A DNA stretch of 64,000 bases from Isurus oxyrinchus (GCA_026770705.1 JANJGN010000071.1:1798001-1862000); one strand, 5' to 3'; shown: positions 25,285-38,824, counted from the stretch's first letter. Notes: generated by a model not told the origin, from the letters alone. Numbers and translations are program-made.

Positions 25285-25653
25285 TTGAACCCTCACAAGA
25301 GTGGAACGGTGACACTCCACGAGAGGTGACAGCGCAGGAAGGTTCGTGTGTACAGATTCCTTGTCATTACAGTTATCCATCGTGTCTGGAAAACCAACCG
25401 CGAGGTGGACTCTGGTTTAATAATGAGAAACAGATTCCCTGGGCTCCCATTGCCTTTCACTCCAAGGATCACAGTCACGAGTTACCACGGTTCCACCATC
25501 GGACCTGGCTGTCTGGAAACCTGAAAGATGGCGACTGTTCCCTGATTATAAACAACATCAGACGGGAAGATGCAGGACCTTATTTTTTCAGGATAGAATT
25601 TGACAATGGTCCGAGCCATAACTATTACCCTGTAACCCAGCTTCACGTTTCTG
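25285..25653 (+). CDS. Siglec-like gene B, V-set exon V4 (intact)
   Basis: 369 nt, phase 1/1. Encodes VEPSQEW..GSCVQIPC..PSCLE..DCSL..YFFRIEF; closest to V1. Confidence 0.88.
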
Positions 25654-26466
25654 GTAAGTGCTGTGTTATAATTACTCAACAATTCACATTCAACACTCAA
25701 TGGGAAATAACGCAAACTGTGACGTTTACATATTAACACAAAACACAGCTTATTATAGCACACTGTCTGATTCTCAATAACCTGGTGATAGCTTCCAGTT
25801 CAGTCCTAAAGCAACCTCTAATACTCACTTTAATATCAATGATTAAAAGTATTGACTGTGTCCATCAATGTTATCAGGTTATCCACTCCCATCGATCTCC
25901 CTAACCCTGTTTGACAGTTTTACATATCGACAAAAGAAAGATTCGCATTTCTATAGCGCCTTTCAACACCTCTGTACGTTGCAAATGGTTTCACAACCAA
26001 TGAAATAATTCTTGAAATGTTGCCCTTGTTGTAATATGGGACACACAGCAGCCAATTTATTCACAGGAAGCTCCCAGAAACAGCAATGTGATCAATAACC
26101 TGATCATCTGTTTTAGATGCCGGTTCAGTGATTGGTTCAAATGGATTCTCTCCTGCTGGGAACAGGATAGAATTTAAATCTGGCAGATTTCAGAGAAAGT
26201 AACAAGCCAGTGTGTCAGGAACTGTGAGCTGCTCCCCCACCCTCACCTGGGATTGTCAGTTCAATTGTCTCAAAGTGGAAGTGAATTCATCTGAGAGACA
26301 GAAAATCCACTAAGTCTGAAAATAGGAAATTCTCTCCTGATCGTTGTAATCTCTCAGTTCTGATATCATCCTTGTAAAAGTGCTTTCTCTTGTGGGACTG
26401 TGGTTTCTATTTGAACTGATGTTTCACGTTATATTTCTCCAAAAGGATCCATTCTCTGTCTGTTAG

Positions 26467-26763
26467 ATTTCACAGATAAACCCATGATATTCCCTGCTGA
26501 AATTATTGCAGGAAAGCGTATGGATGTAAGCTGCACCTTCAACACAACGTGCAATGGAACAGCAGCACCTGTCTTAACCTGGGACACTCCCACTGATGTA
26601 CCTGGATCAGTCTCAAACACTGTAACTCAGCATGGTGTCACTCTGACCTATACTTCTGTTCTGACCCTGATCCCATCACTCAAACACCACGGACACACTC
26701 TCAGCTGCAGAGTGAGATATCCATCTGTTTCATCGGAGCGGACCCTCATACTAACTGTGCAAG
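26467..26763 (+). CDS. Siglec-like gene B, C2-set exon (intact)
   Basis: 297 nt, phase 1/1; near-identical to 10378-10674. Confidence 0.88.
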
Positions 26764-27086
26764 GTAAGTACCGACACCTTTCATTCTACATCAGCACTCC
26801 CTCAGCGCTGACCCTCTGACAGTGCAGCCCGTTCTCAGTATCTACATTCTCAGACCTCTCAAAGTGCTTCACAGTCGATAGAAGTTAACTGATCTTTATT
26901 TGATTATTGCTGAATGAAGAGACAATCTGCCTAAACTTTACAGCTCGCACACATTATTTTCCATGGCAACACCGCCTCCAATCAGAGACCACTTGCCAAT
27001 CAATCAGCACTCTCTTCCCATTAAATATAAATTGTTGTTCACTTCCTGTTGGTAAACCTGTGATCTGTCATGTTGAGTCCTGCCCT

Positions 27087-27239
27087 GACATCTGAATATC
27101 ACAATGAACAGAACAAGTTCCAACAATGAGCTGTGGTTGGTGATTCCTCACGTTACATCCAGGGACACTGGAGACTATCAGTGTGTGGCAGAGAATGAAC
27201 ATGGAGCAGTGGAGGGGTTCATAACCATCACTGTGGAAC
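27087..27239 (+). pseudogene. 5'-truncated third Ig exon, gene B copy
   Basis: Same truncation point as 10996-11148; MNRTSSNNELW..ITVE followed by gtgagt. Confidence 0.78.
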
Positions 27240-28357
27240 GTGAGTGTACACAGACTTCAACAGCTCTCTCAGATTCAAACACTACACAAACACACACAAT
27301 TATACAAACCTAAATAGACACGTGCAGACACACAATCCCACATGTATGAGCACACAAAAGGACACACTCACAAACAAACACACTAACACATTCTCCCCCG
27401 TGGGTTACCTGACCTCCCTCAGTGCTGCACCGGAGAGTTGACATGGATTCTGGGAGTTGTATTCCCTTTCAAGTTTATGGAAGAATGCGGAAATTGCAAA
27501 GTCTATTAGACACCCAGATGCACAGAGATTCTCACAGATACTCTCTGCCTCTCTAACTCTCTATCCTCCTTTAAAAAGCTTCCTGAAATCTAACCCTTTG
27601 ACCAGTCACCTGTCCCAACTCCTCCTTATGTAATTCTGTGTGAAATGTTGTTTGAGTATCTGACAGTAAGAGAGAGATGGAGAGGTTTACGAAGGAATTT
27701 CTGTTGGTGAAAAGCTTACATCATGTTCTCACCTTTCCAGAGCCCATTTTGCACATGATGTCCAATGTCCAAGTTCATAATGGGGATTGCCTATGTAAAC
27801 GTCACGCTGTAGTTACACTCTCCCACCAGTGGTGGCACGGTAGCACTTAACCCTTGCATCTCCTAGCTTTTCAAGCAATTTCCCATCCTAATTTGCTACT
27901 ATTCACCTCGACCACTCCCTGTGGGAGCGAGTTCCACATTCTCCTCTCTCTCTGGGTAAAGATTGGAACTGTTTATTAAGCGGGGGTTGTAAGTCCGTGG
28001 GGGAGTCCATCTCGATCCTGCCCGATTCGCACACACGTCCGAGATGGATTTCCACACTCCACTAAACATTTCCAGAATTTTCTACAGCACAATCCTGTAC
28101 ACAGCGATGGAGAGAAACATTGGACAGGGAGTCCAACAGCACAATGATCCATTCTCACCAATGTTCCACGCTAAGGGGATAGTTCCGATTGTCCACTCTT
28201 CGAGTGTTTACAATGAAAACATTCATTCCACATTGAATCCCAGTGGATGGGTCAATATTACAGCAAATGTTGCAGTGATATGAAGCTTGATTGTTCAGCC
28301 AGAGTGAGAGATTGAAAGCAGAGAGTCAGTGATGATTTCTTTCTGTGTGCTCTCTAG

Positions 28358-28497
28358 ACAGTGGAGGAGAGATTCTGCACGTGATCCTGATCCTGGGAAT
28401 ACGAGCTGTGATATTCCTTGTGGCTGTGGTTATCACTATCGCTGGAGTCTGTGTCTGGGAGAGACAAACAGTGAAAGGAAGTCGACAGACTGTTTGA
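28358..28497 (+). CDS. Siglec-like gene B, transmembrane exon with intramembrane Arg (activating type)
   Basis: Reads (D)SGGEILHVILILGIRAVIFLVAVVITIAGVCVWERQTVKGSRQTV*. Arg codon at 28402-28404. Confidence 0.85.
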
Positions 28498-29919
28498 AGC
28501 TTTGTACAGCAACAATCTGGTCAGTCAGTGCGGACAAATAACGTGTGATGTTGGGTTAAGTTGTAATGAAACTGGTCAGAATCCTGGTTAGAATCATCTC
28601 CGTATCATCGAGTTATTGCAGCAATGGAGGAGGACATTTGGCCCATTGAGTCCATGCTGTCTCTCTGTAGAGCAATCCAGTCAGTCCCATTCCCCCGCTC
28701 TATCTCCGTATCCCTGTGAGTTTATTTCCAAGTGTCCGTCCAATTTCTGTTTGAAATCGTTCATTGTCTCCACTTCCACCATCCTCGTAGGCAGCGAGTT
28801 CCAGCTCATTACCACTCGCTGTGTAAAAAAGTTCCTTCTCACATCCCCCCTCTGCCCAAAACCTTCAATCTGTGTCCCCCAGTCCTTGTCCCATCAGCTA
28901 ATGGCAACAGCTTCTCTTTGTCTACATTATCTAAACCCATCATCATCTTGTACACCTCGATCAGATCCCCCCTCAATCTCCTTTGTTCCAAGGAGAACAA
29001 CCCCAGCTTCTCCAACCCAACCTTGTAGCTAAAATCCCTCATCCCTGGACCCATTCTGCTCAATCTCCTCCCCACCCTCTCAAGGACCCTCACTTCCTTC
29101 CCAAAGTGAGGAGACCAGAACTGGACACAATACTCTAGTTGTGACCTAACCAGAGCTTTATAAATGTTCAGCATAACCTCCCTGTGTTTGTACTCATTCC
29201 CTCGATTTATGAAAAGCTTATTCTTTCCATCAGCACAAACAGCAATTTCCAAGCGGTCTCCCATCAGCAGACAGAGTGCAATGAAACATCGACATGCCTG
29301 CTTCTTAATGTACGGAGAGAAACCTGGAACGAGAGATTCTCCTTCTTCTCCTCAGCAAGCTGAATCTTTTCCTTATACCTGGTGCTCCCCAGTCCTGCTG
29401 TGTGGACACATCATAACCACGGCATTGTCTGGCTGTGTGCAGCCAACATGGTCGAATAGGAATGAACAGAAATGTGACGTTGCTAAACTCTGTTCTCTGA
29501 TTGGAATGTGCTTTCTGAATGCTGCACCTTTTTCATGCTGCGATAGATTGTAAGAAGCATTTGGGTTATGAATAAAATTACATTGATTAACACAAGTGAT
29601 TAAAATGCTCAGCCTGTTCTGTAGATATTTAAAGATTAAAATTCTTGTTTTGCTGCAAAATACTTGGCTCAAAGACATTACTTCATGTTGTCACGTTTTC
29701 CAATCAGATGAATTCCTCTGTCCATCTTTATAATAGAAATTTCCAATGTAAACATGTCACATTGTAGCTGCACACACTTGCCAGTGGCTGGTGTGATATC
29801 AAAGCTGTCTTGCTGCAGAGAAACAGCGAGAAATATTCCTGTTGTGTGCATGAACTTCATGTTAGCATGAGACACAGGCATCAGATGCAATTTTGTGCAA
29901 TTTGTACAATGTTCTTTAG

Positions 29920-30405
29920 ACAGCGCAGCACTCCCTCAGTCCTGACCCTCCAACAGTGCAGCACTCCCTCAGTTCAGACCCTCCTACAGTGCAGCACTCC
30001 CTCAGTTCAAACCCTCCGACAGTGCAGCTCTCTCTCAGTTCATACCCTCCGACAGTGCAGCACTCCCTCAGTTCAAACCCTCCGACAGTGCAGCACTCCC
30101 TCATTTCAGAGCCTCCGACAGTGCAGCACTCCCTCATTTCAGACCCTCCGACAGTGCAGCACTCCCTCATTTCAGAGCCTCCGACAGTGCAGCTCTCCCT
30201 CATTTCAGAGCCTCCGACAGTGCAGCACTCCCTCAGTTCAAACCCTCCGACAGTGCAGCACTCCCTCAATTCAGAGCCTCCGACAGTGCAGCACTCCCTC
30301 AGTTCAAACCCTCCGACAGTGCAGCACTCCCTCAGTACTGAACCTCCGACAGTGCAGCACTCCCTCAGTACTGAATCTCCGACAGTGCCGCACTACCTCA
30401 GTTCT
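29920..30405. repeat. 33-bp minisatellite
   Basis: Variant unit cagtgcagcactccctcagttcaaaccctccga. Confidence 0.92.
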
Positions 30406-31899
30406 TCTCCGCCGATGCTGCCAGACCAGCTGAGTTTTTCCAGGTATTTCTGTTTCTGTTTTTGTTTTGAATTTCCAGCATCTGCAGTTTTTTTGCTTTT
30501 AGTGCTGGGCAGTTCCTCAGCAAGGATTCGGGCCACAAAACATTGCGAGTGCTGTGGGTCTGTGCCACGATTTAGAGAGCTGTGCTTGGCATGCCTATTC
30601 TAGTCCCAGTCCAGTGTGGTGGGGACAGCCTGGCAGTCCTGGGTTGGTCGTGCCCAGCATGGTGTGCAGGACGTGGTCAGTCCCTCACACACGTCCATCC
30701 TGGGGGTGGGTGGCTTGATACCTGGCCGCAGGTGGCACAATCCCAGTCAGGGGAGGCATCTGCAGCCGGTCAGTGGGGAGCAGGTAATATAGAGAGTAGG
30801 GGTGGGGGTGGGAATCGAGGGGGGCCGGTGGTCTCTGTAAGTCACAGTACAATGGGCCTCTAGTTGGAGAGAGGTCAGATCTACATGGGGCATTGGGATG
30901 TCAACATCAGACCGTCTAGGGAGGAGGACTGGGATGTCAACCCTGAACACAATAACATCAAGGATTAGAGAGGAAGGGAGGAGACTGATTGGAAGGAGGG
31001 GAATGTGCACATTATGCTCCTCCAGCACGATGGGAGGGACTGTGATGGTTACGGGGGTGGGGGGGTGAAGTGGGAGGGGATAGAAGCTTACCTGGTGGTA
31101 TTGCCTCAGCCTCACCCTTTTTCAAGCTGATCCAATGTCGCAGTTGAAGAATAAGCTACAAAACAAATTGGCAGGGGAGGTCTCCCAGGGCCTGTGGGAG
31201 ACATCACCCACTGCATCTTCGGCCTGTTTGAAGGGGCACCCGAACAATTCCGGCTTTTCCAAATGATGAGGAAGACACAGCTGCACCCCGAGTCCCCTAC
31301 TGGGGATCCAGAAGGTTGCAATAGCGCTGCGAGGGACTCATGGGCTCCACAGTGACTCCCTAATTAGCGACTGGAAGGTTTATGTTCATTTATCTTTATT
31401 ATCCGTTCATATTGAGCAATGGAGCTCCTGATTTGTCACCTTTCTGTACCTCGTCCAATGCTTCTGTTATCAGGACTTCCACATCGATGTGAAAGAGCCA
31501 TGATGATAGCAGACAGTCGCACAATGGGAATGGCACTAGGCCAGTGATCCAGAGGCCCAGGTGAATACTTTGAAGGCACGGGTTCAAATCCCACCACGGC
31601 AGCTGGAGGAATTTCAATTCCATTAATCAATAAATTTAATTGATTGATACATTTTTTTCTTATTCATTTCAGGGATGTTGGTGTCGCTGGCTAGGCCAGT
31701 ATTTGTTGCCCATCCCCAATTGCCTTTGAGAACATATGGATATCTGAGTTAGGATCAGGAGTAGGTCACTCAGCCCCTCGAACCTGCTCCGCCATTCAGT
31801 AAGATCATGGCTGATCTGATTGTCACCTCAACCTCACATTCCTGCCTACCCCCAATGACCTTTCACCCTCTTGTTAATCAAGAATCTATCTAGCTCTGT

Positions 31900-33850
31900 G
31901 GAAGGGGAGCCAATCAATCGGGCTGCTTTGTCCTGGATGGGGTCGAGCTTCTTGAGTGTTGTTGGAGCTGCACTCATCCAGGCATGTGGAGAGTATTCCA
32001 TCACACTCCTGACTTGTGCGTTGTAGATGGTGGACAGGCTTTGGGGAGTCAGGAGGTGAGATACTGTCTGCAGGATTCTGAGCCTCTGACCTGCTCTTGC
32101 AGCCACAGTGTTTATATGGCTGGTCCAGTTCAGTTTCTGCTCAATGATAACTCCCAGGATGTTGATATTGGGGGATTCATTGATGGTAATGCCATTGAAT
32201 GCCAAGGGGCAATGGTTATGAATGGTCTGTGGAATATTCTGGTACAAAATTTCAACACTCGGACTCCAGATGCAATATTCAAGTGGTTCCTTTATTAGGC
32301 ATGTGGGGAGCAAACGCTGGGCAGTCCAGGCACTTCTCCACCGAGGTTCAAATGAGCACAGTTTATATATTTTTTACTCTCAGTTACAAGGTAATGGTAT
32401 TAGTTAGACAAGGCCACAGTACAATGACCCTCCGGTGGGCTGATAATTGTGTTCTTGTTCAGTAATTACAGGGCAGAGACTGGCTATTGTCCTTTTGAGA
32501 CAGCAAAGAATCTATGTTTGTTCGATACAAAAGGTTTCTGAGGGCTGACTGGATGTGGTTCAAGGCCATCGGAGGGTGTGAAATAACCTTCCCCATTTCT
32601 TGATTGAGTCACCCTGTGTCCTTGTGTGTGTGTCTCCCATTTCCTCATTGCAAATTTCCAACTGAGCCCTTAGTACAGGTTTTTAAGTTTTCACGTAAGG
32701 ATGTGTACGCTTTGGCGCCCTAGCTGCTGGTCCTGGCTGGCTCTTGAACATAAATCCAAATTTTCTGCACCTTCAATGAGATTCTCTCTTGTTGGAGCTG
32801 GTCAGTGCCTGGTACTTGTGTGGCATGAATGTTACTTGTCACCTGTCAGCCCAAGCCTGGATGTTGTCCAGGTCTTGCTGAATTTGGACATAACTTGCTT
32901 CAGTATCTGAGGAGCCGTGAATGGTGCTGAACATTGTGCAAACATCAGCAAACATCCCCACTTCTGACCTTATGATGGAAGGAAGGTCATTGATGAAGCA
33001 GTTGAAGATGTTTGAGCCTAGGACACTACCCTGAGTAACTCCTGCAGTGATGTCCTGGAACTGAGATGATTGACCCCCAATAATCACAACCATCGTCCTT
33101 TGTGCTGGGTATGACTCCAAGCAGCGGAGAGTTTTCCCCCGATTCCCATTGACTCCAGTTTTGCTCGGGCTCCTTGATTTGCCACACTCAGTCAAATGCT
33201 GCCTTGATGTCAAGGGCAGTCCCTCTCACCTCTGGAGTTCAGCTCATTTGTGCATGTTTGAACCAAGGCTGTAATGAGGGCAGGAGCTGAATGATCCTGG
33301 TGGAACACAAACTGAGCGTCAGTGAGCAGGTTCTTGCTAAGCAGGTGCTTCTTGCAAGCGCTGTTGATGACCCCTTCCATCACTTTAGTAATGATCAAGA
33401 ATAGACCGCTGGGGAATTGGCTGGGTTGGATTTGTCCTGCTTTTTGTGTACAGGACGTACCCCATAGCCGGGTAGTTGCCAGTGTTGCAGCTGTACTAGA
33501 AAATTCCAGAAAAGCTTGGCTAGGGGCGCAGCAAGTTCTGGAACACAAGTCTTCAGTACTATTGCCAGAATATTGTCAGGGCCTGGAGCCTTTGCAATAT
33601 CCAGTGCCTTCAGCCCTTTCTTGATGTCACGTGGAATTAGTCGAATTGGCTAAAGATTGGCATCTCTGATGCTGGGGACCTCCGGAGGAGGCCGAGATGG
33701 ATCACCCACTCAGCACTTCTGGCTGAAGATTGTTGCGCATGCTTCAGTCTTGTCTTTTGCACCGATGTGCTGGGCTCCTCCATCATTGAGGATGGGGATA
33801 TTTGTGGAGCCTCCTCCTCCAGTGAGTTGTTTAATTGTCCACGACTGGAT
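31900..33850 (-). mobile_element. Degenerate non-LTR retrotransposon (RT fragments)
   Basis: GVTQGSVLG..FINDLP..FADVCT and LNWTSHI..QVRSVMEYSP; interrupted at about 32220-32780. Confidence 0.8.
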
Positions 33851-35967
33851 GTGACATCTGGAATGCGAAGCTAGTCTCAGTAATGGTGACCATGAAACTA
33901 AGGCCAATTGTTGCAAAAACCCATCTGGGTCACTAATGCCCTTTGGGGAAGGAAACCTGCCGTCCTTACCCATTCTGGCCTACGTGTGACTCCTGACCCA
34001 CAGCAATGTGGTTGACTCTTAACTGGCCCCTGAAATGGCCGAGCAAGCCACTGAGTTATATCAAAACCCGCCACAGACCAGTCAAACCAGGCGAACTGCA
34101 GCACTTCGAAAAGGCAGCTCAGCACCCCCTTCTCAAGGGGTCAGTCTGGAACAGGTAACAAACGCTGTCCACATCCCGTGAAAGAATTTTGGTAAAAAGG
34201 TAGCCGTGTATCACCACCCACGGCCAGCGCCAACCCCCCCACCCCTACCTGATTGCACCAGTTTCAGATTACACCAGGTCAATGAACGGATAGAAACCCA
34301 AACCAATGAGATGAGCACAGAGAAGGATCAAGCCAGAGAGAGTTGGTGGGAAGAATTGGGAAAGCTACAAAAAAGGCAGAGCGGACACTAACACTATAAC
34401 AAAGTAAAGACCAGAGGAGGAAGGAAGCAAGTGCGAAGAGGAATTGAGAGCAGAGCTGGTAGGCTGCTTGTCGAAGCCAAGGAACCTCCATAGGGCACAT
34501 CCACAGTGCTGTTGGGGAGGGTGATACATGGTTTTGACCCAGGATCATCAAGTGTTGCACTGGCAGAGCCTTTAAAGTAAAGGGACCTTTACTACCCATG
34601 CACCCCCCCCGCCCTACAAAGCTGTTGACCTGCTGAGTCCACCTGTACAGGCAACCTCCAGACAGTTGGCTACAGAGGCCATTGCAGCTGCTGAATATGA
34701 CTTCCAGTTTCCAACCCTTCATGAATGCAAGGATGGAGAATTGAGCAGGAATATTCCTGCACACCCTGTGGCAGATCCTGTAAATAAAAGGGACCTTCAC
34801 TCACTCCCCAAAGCTGCTGACCTGCTGATTCACATCTACAGGCAACCTCCAAATAGTCAACTAGAGAAGACAACGCAGCTGCTGAATGTGACTCCTAGTT
34901 TTAAACCCTTCACTCTGGAAAGAATGGCCTCAGTATGATTCTTCACAGAAACTGATTTTAAATCTCATGTCTAAGTATTATTTTTCCTTTGCTTACATTT
35001 TAATCCCTGCACCTGATGGCTTTATCGCTTCAACTTAAATAACTTTCAGCAGGAGCCAGGTTCAAATTGAATGGACAAGCAGGCTTGGGAGGCCAAAAGG
35101 CCTACTCCTGCTTCTGTTTATTTATGTTTGTGTTGTTATGTAGTGGAACTAGAGAGGTTATAGCAGTTATGAGAACATTAAGCAAACAGCAGCAAGAATT
35201 GAACACCTACGTTGTGGTTTATGAAAAGGTTTTCAACCTGGTCAACTGGTAAAATCTGTTGAAAGTGGGCTATCATGCCGTGTGCCCTTTGTGAGATATT
35301 TGTAACAACGTTCTCGATGTCGGAACAGCTTGCATTGAACAAAGCTGATCTTTACCCAGAACTTCAGAGGAAGGGGGGACAATTGTTCCCTGGTGTGGGG
35401 GGCATGGTGGGGGGGGAGGGTGAGGGAGAGACAAGTAGCCTGAAATACCAAGCCAGACACTTTGTGAAGACAAAAGTTGTTTATTCATTTTTTTTTTACA
35501 AAGCACAATATTTACAATTAAAGTCCCGACAAGATAATGGTGAATCATGAACACATTGTCGGGGTGAATCTGTGCCCGGGAGCATAAAGCAGCAAAATCA
35601 GGAGCCCGCTTTACATCTCTCTGAATTTTAACTATCATTAACCCCAGTAACATCCATTCAAATGACTTAGTCATAAGATTCCTCACACATTCACTTGCAC
35701 ACTCACACACCCACACCCACACAGACACACTGACACACTCACTCATTCACATTGACACACACTGACACAGTCACACACACCCACACAGACACACTGACAC
35801 ACTCACTCATTCACATTGACACACACTGACACAGTCACACACACCCACACAGACACACTGACACACTCACTCATTCACATTGACACACACATATTGACAG
35901 TCACACACACACACACAGACACACTGACACACTCACTCATTCACATTGACACACACATATTGACAGT

Positions 35968-35999
<32 letters not shown>

Positions 36000-36327
36000 C
36001 ATAAAGACAGACACAAACACAGTCACGTGAGGTGAATAGTGTCGATGTATTTAAGGGGAAGCTGGATAAACACATGAGGGAGAAATGAATAGAAGGATAT
36101 GGTGATGGGGTGAGATGGAGAAGGCGTGGGCGGAGACTCGTGTGGAGCAGAAACACCAGCATGGAGCAGATGGGCCAAATGGCTTCTTTCCCTGCTGTAA
36201 AACACAGGTAAAGTTTCAGTTGGAATTAATGAACAGGGCCTGTGTGAAATAGATTGCTAAGCAGTAGATAAGGAGGGGAGAGGCTGTGGCATGGTGCAGG
36301 ATGACCTTGCGTGAATGAGGCCAGGGT

Positions 36328-36444
36328 CTAATATCTACAGCAGATACCACAAGTCTCATTTGGTTCTCTCCAATTACAGCAGTGACAGCAGAATCTGCAG
36401 GGCCGCTGTCTGCTCATTCTCTTCTGGCGCTGCAGCAAGGAGCC
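36328..36444 (-). CDS. HAMP: Hepcidin exon 3: furin site and mature peptide
   Basis: cttttccag|GGC TCC... = GSLLQRQKR/MSRQRPCRFCCHCCNWREPNETCGICCRY*. An R-x-K-R site is followed by the C-x2-CC-x-CC-xn-C-G-x-CC hepcidin pattern (8 Cys). Confidence 0.93.
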   Translation of the reverse strand, partial: GSLLQRQKRMSRQRPCRFCCHCCNWREPNETCGICCRY

Positions 36445-37875
36445 CTGGAAAAGCAGGAGGACAATAGGTGAGAACATTCCGGAAAGAAAGAAGGCATCAT
36501 TTCAATCAGGCGCGTCATTGGAAGGAGGATGGCGCATTTCTATAGCGCCTTTCCCCTCCTCAGGATGGCCCAAAGTGTTCCACAGCTGAAGGAAGGACTT
36601 TTTCTGAAGTGGGCTCACCGCTGTAATGTAGGAAACGCAGCAGGCAATTCACGCACAGCAAGATCCCACAAACAGAAATGTGATAATGGCCCCGATTTTC
36701 AGTTTTTTACCAATGTCAGTTGAGGGATAAATGTTTGCCCCAGGAAAGCGGACATAACTCCACCCCATCCACCCCCCACCACCCCCTCCACACATACCCC
36801 CAACTCCTGACGCACTTCATCTAAATTGTGGCCATGGAATCCTCTACATCCATCTGAGAGGGCAGATGTTGTCTCAGTTTAACATCTCATCTGAAAGACA
36901 GCGCCTTCAACAGTGCAGCACTCCCTCAGTACTGACCCTCCGACTGTGCAGCACTCCCTCAGTACTGACCGTCTGACAATGCAGCACCCCCTCAGTACTG
37001 ACCCTCCAACAGTGCAGCACTCCCTCAGTACTGACCGTCTGACAATGCAGCACCCCCTCAGTACTGACCCTCCGACTGTGCAGTCCCCCGCCGGTACTGA
37101 CCCTCTGACAGTGCAGCACTCCAAGACTGACCGTCTGACAATGCAGCACCCCCTCAGTACTCACCCTCCGACTGTCCTGCACCCCCGCCGGTACTGACCC
37201 TCCGACAGCTCGGTAATTTCTCAATTATGCCTGGTGGTCCTTTTAACTCAGAGCTGAGAGTTGCAGAGAATCGAGCACACATCCTGAACTGACACTTGCA
37301 GTGCAAGTACTGGGAGCGTGCTGGTCATTTTCATGCTGCTGTCTGTGGGATCTTACTGTGCGCCAATGGCTGATTCTTTTCCCACAGTACATCAGCGACC
37401 TCACATGAAAGAAAAAAAGCACTTGATTGTCTGCGAAACACTTTGGGACGTCCTGATGTGTTGGAAGGCGCTAGAGAAATGCAAAGTCCTCTTTGTCTTT
37501 CACTCGATCCTCTAAGGTGTCTGTTGATTAACCAGCCACTCGGTGTTTGATGTAGGCCTGGTTATAAACAGTTAGAAGGATCAAATATCAAAAGTGCTTT
37601 GGCTGACAGTCAAACCGATTGTGCATTCGGAGAGATTAGATATGGTCTGCACACAATGACTCCAGTCTCTGGCACTGACTGCCGCCTGGGGTCTCCCTTC
37701 CACATAACACTCACAACTTGCATTTACACAGCGCCTCTGACATTGCAAAATGTCCCAGCCCACATTACCGGAGCGTAAATCAGAGAGAAGTCTAACACTG
37801 AGTCACATCTGGAGATATTAGGGTTAGGTGACCAAAAGCTTGGTCAAAGATGTCAGTTTTTAAGGAGCGTCTTAA

Positions 37876-37906
<31 letters not shown>

Positions 37907-38767
37907 GCAGAGAGGTTAAGGGAGGGTATTCCGGAGCTCAGGGCCCCAGGCAGCTGAAGGCACGGCCACCAATGGTGGAGCGATGGGAATCAGGGGGTCC
38001 CGGGAGATGCAGTAATGTCAGAGATTTTGGAGGAACATCGGGACCGGAGGAGGTGTTCTCCTGCTCCATATCTCTATCTCTCTTCCTCTCATCCACTCCT
38101 CCTCTCCCTGTCTCTCTCTCTCCTACTCTTCCTCTCAATTGCCCTCTCTCCCAATCTTTCTCTCCTCTCTCCCTTTTCCTGTCTCTCTCCCTCTCTCTCT
38201 CCCTGTCTCCTTCTCCCACTCTGTATCTCTCCCTCTCTCTCACACTATTTTTGTACCTTTCGCTCACTCTGTAACTCTCCCTTTCCTGTTAATTTCTCTC
38301 TCTTGGACAATCTCTCTTCCCTTTTCACTTTCCCTCACTCTGCATCTCTTCTTTAATTTCTCCCTCTGTCACTCTCTCCCACCTATGTTCTTTCCCTTTC
38401 ACCCCTCCCCGTCCCACTCTCTGTCTCTCTCTTCCAATCCCTCCCTCCCCCATTCCATCCCTCTCTCCGACTCTCGACTCCCAGCCTCTCTTTAACCCAC
38501 TCCCAGGCTGGATCAGTCTCCCTCTCACTATTCCCGGCGTGGGTTACATTTAAAATTCCTGTGGGGATATGTTCACTTCCTTGGAATTGCCTCTTCCCAG
38601 CTTTGCAAAAAAGTTGGGCGGGGGGGGGGGGCGGGGCTCGATTTCAAACATGCCTCCTGAGTATAACCGAGACAGACTGCCACTGAAATCAGCTTGAAAT
38701 CAGAAAACTTTCTGTGGAAGAAACGAGCAGGGAGAAACCTTAAAATAAGGAATGAATTTCCACCTAC

Positions 38768-38824
38768 CGTGTCCGGGGAATCCACAGATTTCTCAATCGT
38801 CGAAGAACCTAAAGCAGTGTCAAC
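38768..38824 (-). CDS. HAMP: Hepcidin exon 2: pro-region
   Basis: ctttttgcag|GTT GAC..GAC ACG|gtaggt; 57 nt, phase 0/0, VDTALGSSTIEKSVDSPDT. Both other frames are closed. Size and phase fit a hepcidin middle exon. Confidence 0.8.

Larger units (their letters stand above)
26340..29850 (+). repeat. Segmental duplicate of 10251-13760
   Basis: Colinear C2 exon, truncated exon, TM exon, CR1 fragment and 3' UTR at a constant offset of about 16089. Confidence 0.92.

Noticed and set aside
1435-28497. Assigning MAG, CD22, CD33 or SIGLEC14/15 gene symbols
   Set aside because: The family signature is clear but orthology cannot be determined without a phylogeny, and the domain organisation matches none of them exactly.
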